Positions 27,247 to 36,824 are shown, counted from the stretch's first letter. The stretch is DNA of 64,000 nucleotides from an uncultured Alphaproteobacteria bacterium (GCA_963802535.1 CAWDJI010000032.1:9317-73316), one strand, 5' to 3'. Made by a program: numbers and translations. Notes: a model not told the origin generated them from the sequence alone.

Positions 27247-29199
27247 TCAATTTAACTGAGACAGTTTGTCCTGCGCGGCAGCCTCGATGGCGCGTTCGGC
27301 ATCCTGCGGCAACAGCAGGCGTTCGGCCACCATCCGCGCTGCCGATGATCGCACCGCGGCGACATAGGCCGCATCATCCGCGTAGCGCTCCGCGACGGAG
27401 AGGCGCGTATCGCCCGTCGCCTCGCGGGCGGCGCGGGTGAGGGCAAACGGCGCCACCGCGCCCTGCAACGGAAACAAGGTGCCGGCGCCAAATCCTTCGG
27501 CGCGGGGATTCCATCCGGTATAGCTCGCCCGCGGCACGGCCAGCGGCAGCATCCGAATGCCTGCGATCGCCATGCCGTCGCTGTCCGCGCGCGGCACGAA
27601 CACCGGATAGGTTCCAAGTATCTTCGCCGGAAGTTGCGTCGGATCGGTGAAGGCCGCGCCGGTGTGAATCGCGGTATAGGGCAGGCCCGGAATGCCGCGC
27701 GGCACGGCGTTCGATGCTTCCACCAGCGTGCCATGGGCGCGCATCGGAACGCGGCTCGCCGGCGGCTCTACTCCCGTGGTGATCCACGCTTGCATCGCCG
27801 TGACCAACGCGCGCATCGGCGGGCCCGCATGCATCGGATTGACCGGCAGCGCCATCGTCGGCGCATTGCGCATACGTTCGCCGGCTTCGGAAAAATGCGG
27901 CGTGCCCGCGATCATGTAGGCGCGGACATCGCTGGGCAAATCGAGATGGTTGCCCTGGAGGTCGGTGACCAGGAGCGAGGCACGCGACGCCCACCATTCA
28001 TGTTCGCTGTCGGTCTGGATGATGCGCGGGCAGGTCGCGTTGAGGCGACAGCGCTGCATCAGCCCGTCGCGCCGGCCACTCAAGGGATCGACGAGGGTCT
28101 GGTAGGTGAACGGAAAAGTATCGGCCTGCCAGGCCGGATCCTGCGGATGCCGCGGGTTGCGGCCGGGCAGGCCGAAGCGGGCGTTGGTCGCCATCCGGCG
28201 GCCGCCCGCGACATGCGGCATCAATCCGTCGAACACGATGCCGCCGGAAAGATCCTCGTTGAAACCGAGATAGAGGAAGTCGCGCAAAAATCGCCCGGAT
28301 TGCGAGACGCCAAAGCCAATGGCGCGCCGGGCGAAACCGCCGCCCGCGGCAAGCGGATTGGCGGCATCGCTGCTGCGCCGCAGATAGGAAACGACGTCGC
28401 GCGTCGCGGCAAATCCGAGGCCAAGCACCGCGGGATCGCGGGCGGTGTAGGTCACCTCATAGAGCGCGCCGGCATCGAAGCCGGTCGCCGGCCGGGTGAT
28501 TTCGATCGCTTGGTCACCGGTCGCCTTGATGGCAAGGCCTGCCGGTTTTTCGCGCGGCGCGTCCCATTTGGTGCGAACCGTGACCGCAAGCGACGACGGA
28601 TCGCCGATCGGCCAGGACACATTCGCGGTTGCGGGGCTGCGCATGTGGTCGAACAGGATTTCGTCGCGCGCAGGCCCGGTGACGCCGCGCAGCACGGGTG
28701 CTGCGAGCGCGATCTGGCCGGGCTTTGAGGGAATGTCGGCCTGCCAGCCAATCCACGCCATCGTGTAGCCCTGGCCGTGCAGGAAACCGATTCCGGCGTC
28801 GCCGGCCTTGTCCGCGTTGTTGGCGCCGGGTTTGACGGAATCGTCGAACAGCTGTGGCGCGAGCTTGGTGCCGCGATTGGGGACATCAACGAGAAGCGTG
28901 CCGTTGGCGCGGAGCGGATCGGCCGGCCGCAGCAGCACGACATCGGCTGTCGCTTCGACGAAACCGCGTTCGTCGCGCGGCGCCTTGTCGATGTCGGCAA
29001 TGACGGCATTGCGCGGGTCGGCCGGATCGACGGCAATGGTGGCGCGTCCGGTGATCCTCACATACGGACCGACGCTGCCAAAACTGCGGCCCTCGAACGC
29101 CGGAGCGCTCTCCTGCACCTCGAAGCGGATAACCTCCGCCTCTGCCGACAGCGAGAACAGAACAGACGCGCCGAGCACGGCGATGCGCAACCCTGACAT
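27247..29199 (-). CDS. conserved secreted protein (alpha/beta-hydrolase-domain-like family; assignment from memory)
   Basis: ORF track 27247..29433. Plausible start at ATG 29199, with AGGGG upstream and signal peptide MSGLRIAVLGASVLFSLSAEA. Confidence 0.75.
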   Translation of the reverse strand: MSGLRIAVLGASVLFSLSAEAEVIRFEVQESAPAFEGRSFGSVGPYVRITGRATIAVDPADPRNAVIADIDKAPRDERGFVEATADVVLLRPADPLRANGTLLVDVPNRGTKLAPQLFDDSVKPGANNADKAGDAGIGFLHGQGYTMAWIGWQADIPSKPGQIALAAPVLRGVTGPARDEILFDHMRSPATANVSWPIGDPSSLAVTVRTKWDAPREKPAGLAIKATGDQAIEITRPATGFDAGALYEVTYTARDPAVLGLGFAATRDVVSYLRRSSDAANPLAAGGGFARRAIGFGVSQSGRFLRDFLYLGFNEDLSGGIVFDGLMPHVAGGRRMATNARFGLPGRNPRHPQDPAWQADTFPFTYQTLVDPLSGRRDGLMQRCRLNATCPRIIQTDSEHEWWASRASLLVTDLQGNHLDLPSDVRAYMIAGTPHFSEAGERMRNAPTMALPVNPMHAGPPMRALVTAMQAWITTGVEPPASRVPMRAHGTLVEASNAVPRGIPGLPYTAIHTGAAFTDPTQLPAKILGTYPVFVPRADSDGMAIAGIRMLPLAVPRASYTGWNPRAEGFGAGTLFPLQGAVAPFALTRAAREATGDTRLSVAERYADDAAYVAAVRSSAARMVAERLLLPQDAERAIEAAAQDKLSQLN

Positions 29200-29239
29200 C
29201 GGTGACCCCTGTTGTTTGCGGGCGGGCAGTGCCCTTAGG

Positions 29240-29779
29240 TCATGCGGCCGAAACGCCTCGCGCGCCGGCCTTGTCGGCCCGGTGCGGCAATGTCCAGTTC
29301 GGCCGAACGAAGTGGCAGGTGTAGCCGTCAGGATATTTCTCCAGATAATCCTGATGCTCGGGCTCGGCCTCCCAGAACGGTCCGACCGGCGCCAGCTCGG
29401 TGACGACCTTGCCCGGCCAAATTCCCGACGCATCGACGTCGGCGATGGTGTCTTCGGCGACCCGCTTCTGTTCGTCGCTGGTATAGAAGATCGCCGAACG
29501 ATAGCTCGCGCCGCGGTCGTTGCCCTGCCGGTTCAAGGTCGAGGGATCGTGGATCTGGTAAAAGAATTCCAACAGCTTGCGAAAGCTGATGACGTTCGGG
29601 TCGAAGATGATCTCGACGGCTTCGGCGTGATTGCCGTGGTTGCGATAGGTCGCGTTCGGCACCTCGCCGCCGGAATAGCCGACCCTGGTCGAAATCACGC
29701 CGGGATATTTGCGTAACAGATCCTGCACGCCCCAGAAGCAGCCGCCGGCAAGCACTGCGCGTTCCGTTGAAACCGTCAT
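29240..29779 (-). CDS. msrA: peptide-methionine (S)-S-oxide reductase
   Basis: 179 aa with the GCFWGVQ active-site motif. Confidence 0.95.
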   Translation of the reverse strand: MTVSTERAVLAGGCFWGVQDLLRKYPGVISTRVGYSGGEVPNATYRNHGNHAEAVEIIFDPNVISFRKLLEFFYQIHDPSTLNRQGNDRGASYRSAIFYTSDEQKRVAEDTIADVDASGIWPGKVVTELAPVGPFWEAEPEHQDYLEKYPDGYTCHFVRPNWTLPHRADKAGARGVSAA

Positions 29780-29940
29780 GAAAGTCCTCCCTGGCTCTGC
29801 GGGTGCCGTTCCCGACCCATCATCAGGGAATATAATGCGGCCGAACCCTGCAGAAGTGCAATGATTTACGCAGGTCTGATCCGCAAAGGGTGGCGGCTGC
29901 TGGCGCGATTTCGCCTTCGAATCGATGCTATAGGGCTGGC

Positions 29941-30201
29941 ATGGAACCTATCGCAATCAAGCTGCTGGGCTTTGCCGCGGCAACATGCACGACCGCTGCC
30001 TTTGCCCCGCAGTGCATAAAGGTCTGGCGAACCCGATCCACCGCTGACATTTCGCTCGGAATGTTCCTCGTGCTGGTATTCGGGATCGTGCTTTGGCTGT
30101 TTTACGGCGTGCTTTCCGGCGACGGGCCGCTGATTGCTGCGAATACGGTCACGCTTGTGCTGGCTGGCGCAATCCTGATCATGAAGCTGAAATACGGTTG
30201 A
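29941..30201 (+). CDS. SemiSWEET / PQ-loop family transporter
   Basis: Internal ATG 29941 of ORF 29890..30201. 86 aa, three TM helices, and a PQ motif ([13 protein letters not shown]). Confidence 0.85.
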   Translation: MEPIAIKLLGFAAATCTTAAFAPQCIKVWRTRSTADISLGMFLVLVFGIVLWLFYGVLSGDGPLIAANTVTLVLAGAILIMKLKYG

Positions 30202-30259
30202 GCGCTGTGCGCCAAGTAGTTTGATCCCCGGGGTTTAATTCGCGCCGCCGCATCCCCAT

Positions 30260-30418
30260 ATGGAGACCATGGCACAATGGCAGGCATCGATCGCGCGGCA
30301 ACCCCCGAAGACCAAGGCGGAATTGCGCCAGATGCTGACCGAGGCGGTCCGCAACACGCAAGCGAGCGCGGACCAAAGGCCGAAACGCTCCCCAAAGGCC
30401 GAAATCGTTCAAAACTAG
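30260..30418 (+). CDS. small hypothetical protein, 52 aa (below the ORF-track cutoff)
   Basis: My translation: METMAQWQASIARQPPKTKAELRQMLTEAVRNTQASADQRPKRSPKAEIVQN*. Helical and basic. No clear SD. Confidence 0.35.
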   Translation: METMAQWQASIARQPPKTKAELRQMLTEAVRNTQASADQRPKRSPKAEIVQN

Positions 30419-30573
30419 CCGGACCAGATCCATCGTATCTTTCGCCAACGGCAACCATGTTGCGACGGCAGAGGTCGATTCCGATATCTTGCCCGATACC
30501 TTGGGCCTTCTGGCACTTTCACGGGGAATAAGCGAATGCGGATGGCTGCCAAACCTGTTTTGAGGGAATATTC

Positions 30574-30753
30574 ATGTTGAACGATCGCGAGAATGTTTTG
30601 AGTGCGCTGCGCGAGAAGCCGCTCAAGGTTTATGAAGTGATGAAGCGCGCCAATATCCCGAATGAAGAGGCCTGCCAGTCGCTGCTGTTGAAAATGCGCG
30701 ACGAGGGCCTGGTGAAATTCGACATCCACAAGGGGCGCTGGCAGGTCGGTTGA
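30574..30753 (+). CDS. small winged-helix-like protein, 59 aa (below the ORF-track cutoff)
   Basis: GAGGGA lies 7-8 nt upstream of the ATG. Product is MLNDRENVLSALREKPLKVYEVMKRANIPNEEACQSLLLKMRDEGLVKFDIHKGRWQVG*. Confidence 0.5.
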   Translation: MLNDRENVLSALREKPLKVYEVMKRANIPNEEACQSLLLKMRDEGLVKFDIHKGRWQVG

Positions 30754-30783
30754 TCCGGCGCAGCCTGCGCCGGGACCGCGACC

Positions 30784-31680
30784 TCAATTCCCGCGTCGAA
30801 AGCTCGAGTCGGACGCAAACTTGCCGATCAACTCGGTGAGAGCGTCGTCGGCGGACGTGATGGTCCTGTCGCGCTGTCCGGCAACTGCGACTTGCGGTTC
30901 GACGAGGACCTCCGCAGCCGGGGCGGCAACGAGAGGTGCTTCGGCAGGCCCGACTTCTTCCATGCGGTCAGCGGGCTCCGCCGGCACGGGTGGAGGCGTT
31001 GCGGCCATCGTCGAAGCGGTTGCGGGGATACGCGGGGGCCGCGGCTCGGTCCGATAACCTGTCTGCCGCAACGGGCCGTCGGGTGCGCGCGACGGCCGAT
31101 CGATATCGGGCGCAGCGCTGCCAATCAGGGCGGCATTTCGCTTCGCCAGATTTCGCTTCGCCTTTCGGATGATGGCATCGACCATCGCGGGAAGATGGTG
31201 CGGGTCCCCATCGGCCAGATAGGTTCTCGCCAGTTCGTCCGCGTATGATTGCCCGTACGCCTGCAGCAACGATGTCACCCGCAACAAATCCTGGTCGCTT
31301 TCGACCAACCGGCGCCACGCCTCCGTGTCATAGGTAGGCGCGGCGCGATCCGGTCGAGGCACGTCAATGCCTGCGGGAAGGTGTGCCGTGTCGAAGGGGC
31401 TTTCCGGAATTTCCGTTGGTGCCGCGACGCGCTCGGCGCGCGATGCCAGGGCAAGTTTTGCGCGGTTTCGATTTCGTTCGGCGACCTGCAGGGAAATCAG
31501 ACCGACGCCCATCAAAAGAAAGCCAAGTGCTGCCCAGGCGACCGAGACGCAGAGCAACAACCCTCCGACAAGCAAAACCCAGCCAGCAATACGCACAACT
31601 CGCCTTCCACATTCCTCTGGCCTGCTACAGGCAGCACATTCTGGCAAAAAATCACCGCGGCGTCCAAATGGTTCTCGCAT
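30784..31680 (-). CDS. hypothetical membrane protein with a Pro/Ala-rich C-terminal region
   Basis: 298-aa ORF with two hydrophobic helices (VVRIAGWVLLVGGLLLCVSVAWAALGFLLMGVGLISL). I do not recognise a family. Confidence 0.6.
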   Translation of the reverse strand: MREPFGRRGDFLPECAACSRPEECGRRVVRIAGWVLLVGGLLLCVSVAWAALGFLLMGVGLISLQVAERNRNRAKLALASRAERVAAPTEIPESPFDTAHLPAGIDVPRPDRAAPTYDTEAWRRLVESDQDLLRVTSLLQAYGQSYADELARTYLADGDPHHLPAMVDAIIRKAKRNLAKRNAALIGSAAPDIDRPSRAPDGPLRQTGYRTEPRPPRIPATASTMAATPPPVPAEPADRMEEVGPAEAPLVAAPAAEVLVEPQVAVAGQRDRTITSADDALTELIGKFASDSSFRRGN

Positions 31681-31971
31681 CGGATGTGCTGCGTTTGTTC
31701 TAAAAACGAATGCGTTTGCGCGAAAAGGATTCGCGCCCCGTCAAGAATTGACGGCGGCGCTGGCCGGTGCATCATCGCGGCCATGTTCGGATTGTTCAAA
31801 GGCTGCCGCCTGGCCCGCATGAGCAGCGGGCGTTATTGCCTGGTGCGGGACCTCGGCCTGGTCAAGGGCGGCAAGGGCATGCGGCATCATGAGGTGGTCG
31901 TGGCGTTCAGCGTCCGCGAGCTGCTGAAATGGTTGCGCCAGCCATCGGCGAAGCGCTTTGAGCCGGAAGCC

Positions 31972-32088
31972 GTAGGGTGGGTAGAGCCACCGGGTCGCGC
32001 GTATGCGCGCCCGATGACAGGCTCCGCAAAAACCCACCGTTGATGTGAGGACGAAGATGGTGGGTTACGCTTCGCTAACCCACCCTAC
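31972..32088. repeat. REP family D (GTAGGGTGGGT .. ACCCACCCTAC inverted-repeat element)
   Basis: GTAGGGTGGGTAGAGCC.. at the left end and GGTGGGTTACGCTTCGCTAACCCACCCTAC at the right. I remember this as a common Bradyrhizobium REP. Only one copy lies in the window. Confidence 0.5.
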
Positions 32089-32104
32089 GAAGCGGCGCTC
32101 GCCG

Positions 32105-33944
32105 CTACTTCCCCGCCGTTTTCTGTTTGCCGCCTTCGACCTCGAGCCCGAGCGTGCGGCCGGGGAATCCGGCGGCGTCGAAATAGCGCTGCGTGCCGAC
32201 GCGCTGGAAATTCAGCACGGTGCGCAGGCCGTTCGCCGACGGTTTTGACGACACCGTGCCGGCATAGGCCTGCGGCGTTGCGCCGTTCGGCATCGCTTCG
32301 GTCATGACGCGGCCGATCAGCGTGCCCTTCGGCTTTTGCGTCAGCCCCATGATCTTGGCCGCGGTGGCACCGACGTCGGCGTTGCTGACGGGCAGCGCAT
32401 CGACATAGCCGGATTTGAAATCCGGCCCGATCGCCGCGGTAAAATTCAGCGTATCGCCGCGCGAAAAACTGCCATGCATGCCCTGGCCCTGGCGCAGGAC
32501 GGTGTCGGCAACCTGCACCGAGCAATTGGTCGGCTCTTCGCAGCCCGACGACCAGGAGCGGAAATTGACCACAATGGACGGATGCGGCGTCACCGCCTTG
32601 CCCTTGAGGCCGAGCTGCGACATCGGCAGCGTGCCGGGAAAGCGCCCGAGTTCGTCGTCGACAAAGAGACCGCTGACATAATCCTGTTCCAGCAGCGCCT
32701 TGATGGTGCGGTCGACGAATTTGCGGTCCTTGCCGGGAATGTAGATCAGGTCCGATCCGCCATTGGTGGCGACGATCAGTTCCGGCTTGGTCGGATCCTG
32801 TCCGAGCACGCCATTGCCGGCCTTGGGGTGGGCGTTGTCGGCGACGCGCGCGTTCTTGTCGTTGGGATCGAACAGCGGCAGGTTCAGCGCCTTGGCCAGA
32901 TCGATCGCGAGGAAACCCATGGGCAGGAAATCCTTCGGCGTGTCTTCGTAGGAAATTTTTGCGGACGGGCTGGTCTTGCTCTCCTTCGAAATCGTCGAAA
33001 AACCGTGGTCGGAGGAGATCATGATGTTGGTGGAGGCGGTGAGGCCGAGCTCGTCGAGCGCCTTGCGCAGCTGCGCCAGATTGTTGTCGGCGTTCTTGAT
33101 GCCGGCCATCGACGTCGGGCCGTTGATCCCGGGCGTGATGGTGTTGAGGCTGTCGCCGGTGTTGTGCTGGCTGCCGTCGGGATCGCGCGACCAGAACACC
33201 AGTACGAACGGCTTGTTGCGCGCCTTGAACATCGGCAGCACCACTTTGCTGGCGACGTCGGCCATGTAGGCCTGCTGCGCGACGTTGGCGGAGGTGGTGC
33301 CCGGCGTCCTGGCGTCACCCGCCTTGCTGTTGTCGCCGCGCGGCGTCGTCACCAGCGGAAGGCCTGCCTTGGTCAGCGCCGCCGTCATTTCGTCGGACAG
33401 CGGAATGCCGTTTTTGCCGCCGGTGGAATCGTCGATCACGATGGTGTTCTTGCCGCGGTCGGTATGGTCGAACAATAGCGTCGGGCCGAGCTTGCCGATC
33501 GCGGCGGTGGAGAAGCCCTGTGCGCGGGCCATCTTCAGGACGGTTTCTTCGTTGAGATAGTCGCCGTTGAAATGCTCGTCGATGTCGCCGAGCACGGCGT
33601 CGTTCTCGATGAAGGGAACCACGGTGTCGCCGGCCGGCACCGACGAATAGCCGGTATAGATCGTGTTGCGAGAAGGTGCCGGTATCGCCGAGGTAATGGC
33701 CGCTGGCGATCGCCGAGCCGTTGGCCATCGTGAAGGTCGGAAACAGCGAATGCGAATTCTTGAAGTTGACGCCCTTGTCGCGGATTTCGGCCATAGCGGG
33801 CGCGGTCTGCGGCGTCACGATGCGGCCGCGCAGGCCGTCGGGCACGAACAGGATCAAGTTGCGCGGGGCGGCGTTTTGCGCCGACGCGGCACCTGCGGTG
33901 AGGGCGATCAGGCTTGCGGACAGCAACATGATGGTGTGGCGCAT
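32105..33944 (-). pseudogene. alkaline-phosphatase-superfamily nucleotide pyrophosphatase/phosphodiesterase, apparent frameshift
   Basis: ORFs 33315..33944 (signal peptide plus LILFVPDGLRG..) and 32105..33640 are one gene. The junction is ..GHYLGDTGTFS / NTIYTGYSSVPAGDTVVPFIEND.. at ~33669. Confidence 0.8.
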
Positions 33945-34007
33945 CAGGGTCTCCCGTGAAAAGCAATTGCGGCGAACGGCCAGCGTGCTTCCGTTTAGTT
34001 TTTGTCT

Positions 34008-34025
34008 GCGACAGAATTGTTACAG
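34008..34025 (-). promoter_or_regulatory. Pho-box-like site CTGTAAC-AATT-CTGTCGC
   Basis: Two 7-mers with an 11-bp period, 63-81 nt upstream of the phosphodiesterase ATG (33944). A TAAACG lies ~10 nt downstream and GGGAGA forms the RBS. Confidence 0.4.
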
Positions 34026-34222
34026 GGAATTCTGCGCGGTCAACCGGCTTTTGGTCGGGACCCGGCTGAGCCGAAGCTATTGGCCGCGGGTACCCACTTT
34101 GGAACGATTATAAGCTCAAGCCCCGTGCGGCCGATCGTGTCGCTTGTCGCCATTGGCCGTTGGCCGCTTCGTTCGGTATGGTGATTTCCAACACGAGGCT
34201 CACCCAGGCGACGAGGAAAAAA

Positions 34223-35038
34223 ATGTTGAATCGAATTCTGTGCGCTTGCTTTGCAAGCCTCGTCTTTCTCGGCAGCGCTTTCGCGCAGGAGCGCACCATC
34301 ACCGTCGCTTCGACGACGTCGACCGAGCAGTCGGGCCTGTTCGGCTATCTGCTGCCGCGCTTCACCTCGGCATCGGGGATCGGTGTCAAGGTGGTCGCCG
34401 TCGGCACCGGCCAGGCGCTCGATCTCGGCCGGCGCGGCGATGCCGACGTCGTGTTCGTGCACGACAAGGTCGCCGAAGAGAAGTTCCTCGCCGAGGGGTT
34501 TGGCGTGAAGCGGTTCGATGTGATGTACAATGATTTCGTGGTGATCGGACCGAAGGCCGATCCGGCGCAGATTGCCGGCGGCAAGGACGTCGCCGAGGCC
34601 TTGCGTAAAATCGCAGAGACCAAATCCACCTTCGTCTCGCGCGGCGACCGCTCCGGCACGCATGAGGCCGAGCTGCGGCTCTGGAAAGTGGCGGGCGTCG
34701 ATCTCGCCGCTTCCAAGGGCGACTGGTATCGCGAAATCGGGCAGGGCATGGGCGCGGCACTCAACATGGCCTCATCCGCCAACGCCTATCTGATTTCGGA
34801 CCGCGGCACCTGGCTTGCGTTCAAGAACCGTGGCGAGCTTGCGATCCTGACCGAAGGCGACCGGCGACTGTTCAACCAGTATGGTGTGATGCTGGTCAAT
34901 CCAGCCAAGCACGCGGGCGTGAAGGCCGCGGATGGCCAGGCTTTTGTGGACTGGCTGATTTCGCGGGCGGGACAGAAGACGATTTCCGAATACAAGGTCG
35001 GCGGCGAACAGTTATTTTTTGTCGACGCGACCAACTAG
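34223..35038 (+). CDS. tupA: tungstate/oxyanion ABC transporter substrate-binding protein (TupA-like)
   Basis: Internal ATG 34223 with GAGGA upstream. Has a signal peptide and the TupA-type anion-binding motif VASTTSTEQSGLF. Confidence 0.8.
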   Translation: MLNRILCACFASLVFLGSAFAQERTITVASTTSTEQSGLFGYLLPRFTSASGIGVKVVAVGTGQALDLGRRGDADVVFVHDKVAEEKFLAEGFGVKRFDVMYNDFVVIGPKADPAQIAGGKDVAEALRKIAETKSTFVSRGDRSGTHEAELRLWKVAGVDLAASKGDWYREIGQGMGAALNMASSANAYLISDRGTWLAFKNRGELAILTEGDRRLFNQYGVMLVNPAKHAGVKAADGQAFVDWLISRAGQKTISEYKVGGEQLFFVDATN

Positions 35039-35710
35039 CAGGAACGCGACGGCACTGATGGTGACGCTGAGCGCCACCAGGATCAGTCCGAGCCCGAGTG
35101 CCAGCGACAATTCGCCCTTGCTGGTTTCCAGCGCGATGGTGGTGGTCATGGTTCGCGTGTAGCCGCGAATATTGCCGCCGACGATGATGATCGCGCCGAC
35201 TTCGGCGATCGCCCGGCCGAAGGCGGCGAGGAATGCCGTCAGCAACGATGCCCGTCCAAGTGAAAACAACAGCGCCATGCTGCGTAGATGAGAGAGCCCG
35301 TCGGTGCGGGCGAGATCGGCATACTCGCTCCACAGCAGCACGGCCGGGCGATGCACCAATGAGACCACGATCGGTGTGGTCAGCACCACTTGGGCGATGA
35401 TCATGGCCGAAGGCGTGAACAGCAGTCCGGCAAAGCCGAGCGGTCCCGAGCGCGAGAGCAACAAATAGATCACGAGCCCCGCCACCACAGGCGGCAGGCC
35501 GAGCAGCGCGTTGGCCAGCACGATCAGGACCTGCCGTCCGCGAAACCTCGTGATCGCCAACAGCACGCCGAGCGGGGCTCCGATCGCGAGCGCAATCAGG
35601 CTTGCCGACAGGCTGACGCGCAGCGACAGGGCGACGATGCCGAGCAGTTCGGGATCGAGGCTGCCGATCAGGCGCAGCGCCGCGGCGATGGATTGGGTAA
35701 AATCGTTCAT
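35012..35710 (-). CDS. tupB: ABC transporter permease (TupB-like)
   Basis: 232 aa with 5-6 TM helices and an EAA-like loop ..FGRAIAEVGAIIIVGGNIRGYTRTMT.. It converges on tupA with a 27-nt 3' overlap. Confidence 0.8.
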   Translation of the reverse strand: MNDFTQSIAAALRLIGSLDPELLGIVALSLRVSLSASLIALAIGAPLGVLLAITRFRGRQVLIVLANALLGLPPVVAGLVIYLLLSRSGPLGFAGLLFTPSAMIIAQVVLTTPIVVSLVHRPAVLLWSEYADLARTDGLSHLRSMALLFSLGRASLLTAFLAAFGRAIAEVGAIIIVGGNIRGYTRTMTTTIALETSKGELSLALGLGLILVALSVTISAVAFLLVGRVDKK

Positions 35711-35752
35711 TGCGGCCTGAGGAAAGGGACGTGGCTTCCGCCAGCGCCCGTT

Positions 35753-35989
35753 CTATTTCGCTTCGGCCGATTCGAGGCAATGAATCAGGAATGCGGTGCG
35801 TTCGCGCGGTATGATTTTTTCCGCGTCGGCTTTCTGGGCGCAGTCACGTTGTCTGACCTGCTCGGCGCGGCGCTTCTCGGCTGCCTCGCGAAATTCCGGG
35901 GCCACGCTGGCGGGATCGACCAGTTTCTGCGCGGGTGCTGGCGTCGCCATCGCGATTGAAAACAGCACGGCCGGGATAAAATGTTTCAT
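35753..35989 (-). CDS. PsiF-repeat-like small secreted protein
   Basis: 78 aa with signal peptide MKHFIPAVLFSIAMATPAPA. ..CAQKADAEKIIPRERTAFLIHCLES.. resembles the PsiF repeat. Confidence 0.65.
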   Translation of the reverse strand: MKHFIPAVLFSIAMATPAPAQKLVDPASVAPEFREAAEKRRAEQVRQRDCAQKADAEKIIPRERTAFLIHCLESAEAK

Positions 35990-36273
35990 CTGAAAACCTC
36001 ATCGATAAAAACCTCATCCTAGCAAATGGCGCGCCAACCTCATACGGGATACCGGGCTGCGCGGTCTCGGGCTGCGCGGTCTGGCCGGCACCGATCAGCC
36101 CGTGCGGACGTTGCGCGCGAAACGGCGTGCGTCGGCACGCTGCAGAAAGCGTCACCCGCTAACGCATTCTCAGGTAGCGAAAATGCGAGCCAGCCCAAAT
36201 GTTTGCCGGTTGGCCGGGGCCGTAAGCAAACGTTTAGCGGCCGCCTGTAAAATGGCCGTGATCGCTTCCAGCA

Positions 36274-36288
36274 TTAACCCCTGGTTAA
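36274..36288. promoter_or_regulatory. perfect CtrA-box core TTAA-N7-TTAA
   Basis: TTAAcccctggTTAA lies immediately upstream of ATG 36291 and 18 nt upstream of ATG 36306. Confidence 0.4.
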
Positions 36289-36290
36289 TC

Positions 36291-36824
36291 ATGCGCCTCG
36301 TGCCGATGAACGCGGATAAGTCTTGGCGTGCAGTCAAGGCCCAGTGGAGGAAAGACGCTGAAAGCGTCGGCGAGGAATTTTCGACGTTTTCGATGGGAAG
36401 CTACGCCGCTTTCGACGGCCTGACCAAGGACGGCGACCATCCGACGCTTTACTGCCTCTCGGACGGCGAGAAGATCCATGCGGCCTGCCAGGTCAGCCGT
36501 CTGATGATGAGCAAATTTCCGACCCCGGTGCTGCGTGCGCGCTTTGTCGTGGTGTCGCCGCTGTACGAACTCGGGCAGGCCGCGGCCGGCCAGTACGCCC
36601 AGATCATGGTGGCGCTGTTTTCCGGCATCATCTGGCTGTCGCGGGACACGCTGTCGGCTGGCCATATCCGCTTCTTCCTGAAGAGCCCGGGCGACTCCCA
36701 GTTCTTCGCGGCGTTGCAGGCCTCGACGCCGATGTCGCCATTCTCGGAGTTCACGATCGAGGGCGCCTTGATCGAGTGCAGCCTGAAGGAAGCCGAAGGT
36801 TCCGAAACGGAGCAAATGGCCTGA
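36291..36824 (+). CDS. hypothetical protein (start uncertain)
   Basis: ORF track 36102..36824. Candidate starts are ATG 36291, 36306 and 36393. I do not recognise a family. It lies directly upstream of the GGDEF-EAL gene on the same strand. Confidence 0.5.
   Translation: MRLVPMNADKSWRAVKAQWRKDAESVGEEFSTFSMGSYAAFDGLTKDGDHPTLYCLSDGEKIHAACQVSRLMMSKFPTPVLRARFVVVSPLYELGQAAAGQYAQIMVALFSGIIWLSRDTLSAGHIRFFLKSPGDSQFFAALQASTPMSPFSEFTIEGALIECSLKEAEGSETEQMA

Noticed and set aside
31783-32043. 86-aa ORF MFGLFKGCRLARMSSGRYCLVRDLGL..
   Set aside because: Its C-terminal third is the translation of a REP family D copy and it has no clear RBS. It is kept only as a weak possibility.
34026-34222. Possible Moco (molybdenum/tungsten cofactor) riboswitch in the ~200-nt leader of the tupA-like gene.
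   Set aside because: I do not see the conserved Moco-motif blocks as I remember them; there are only generic GC-rich stems. It needs an Rfam scan to be sure.
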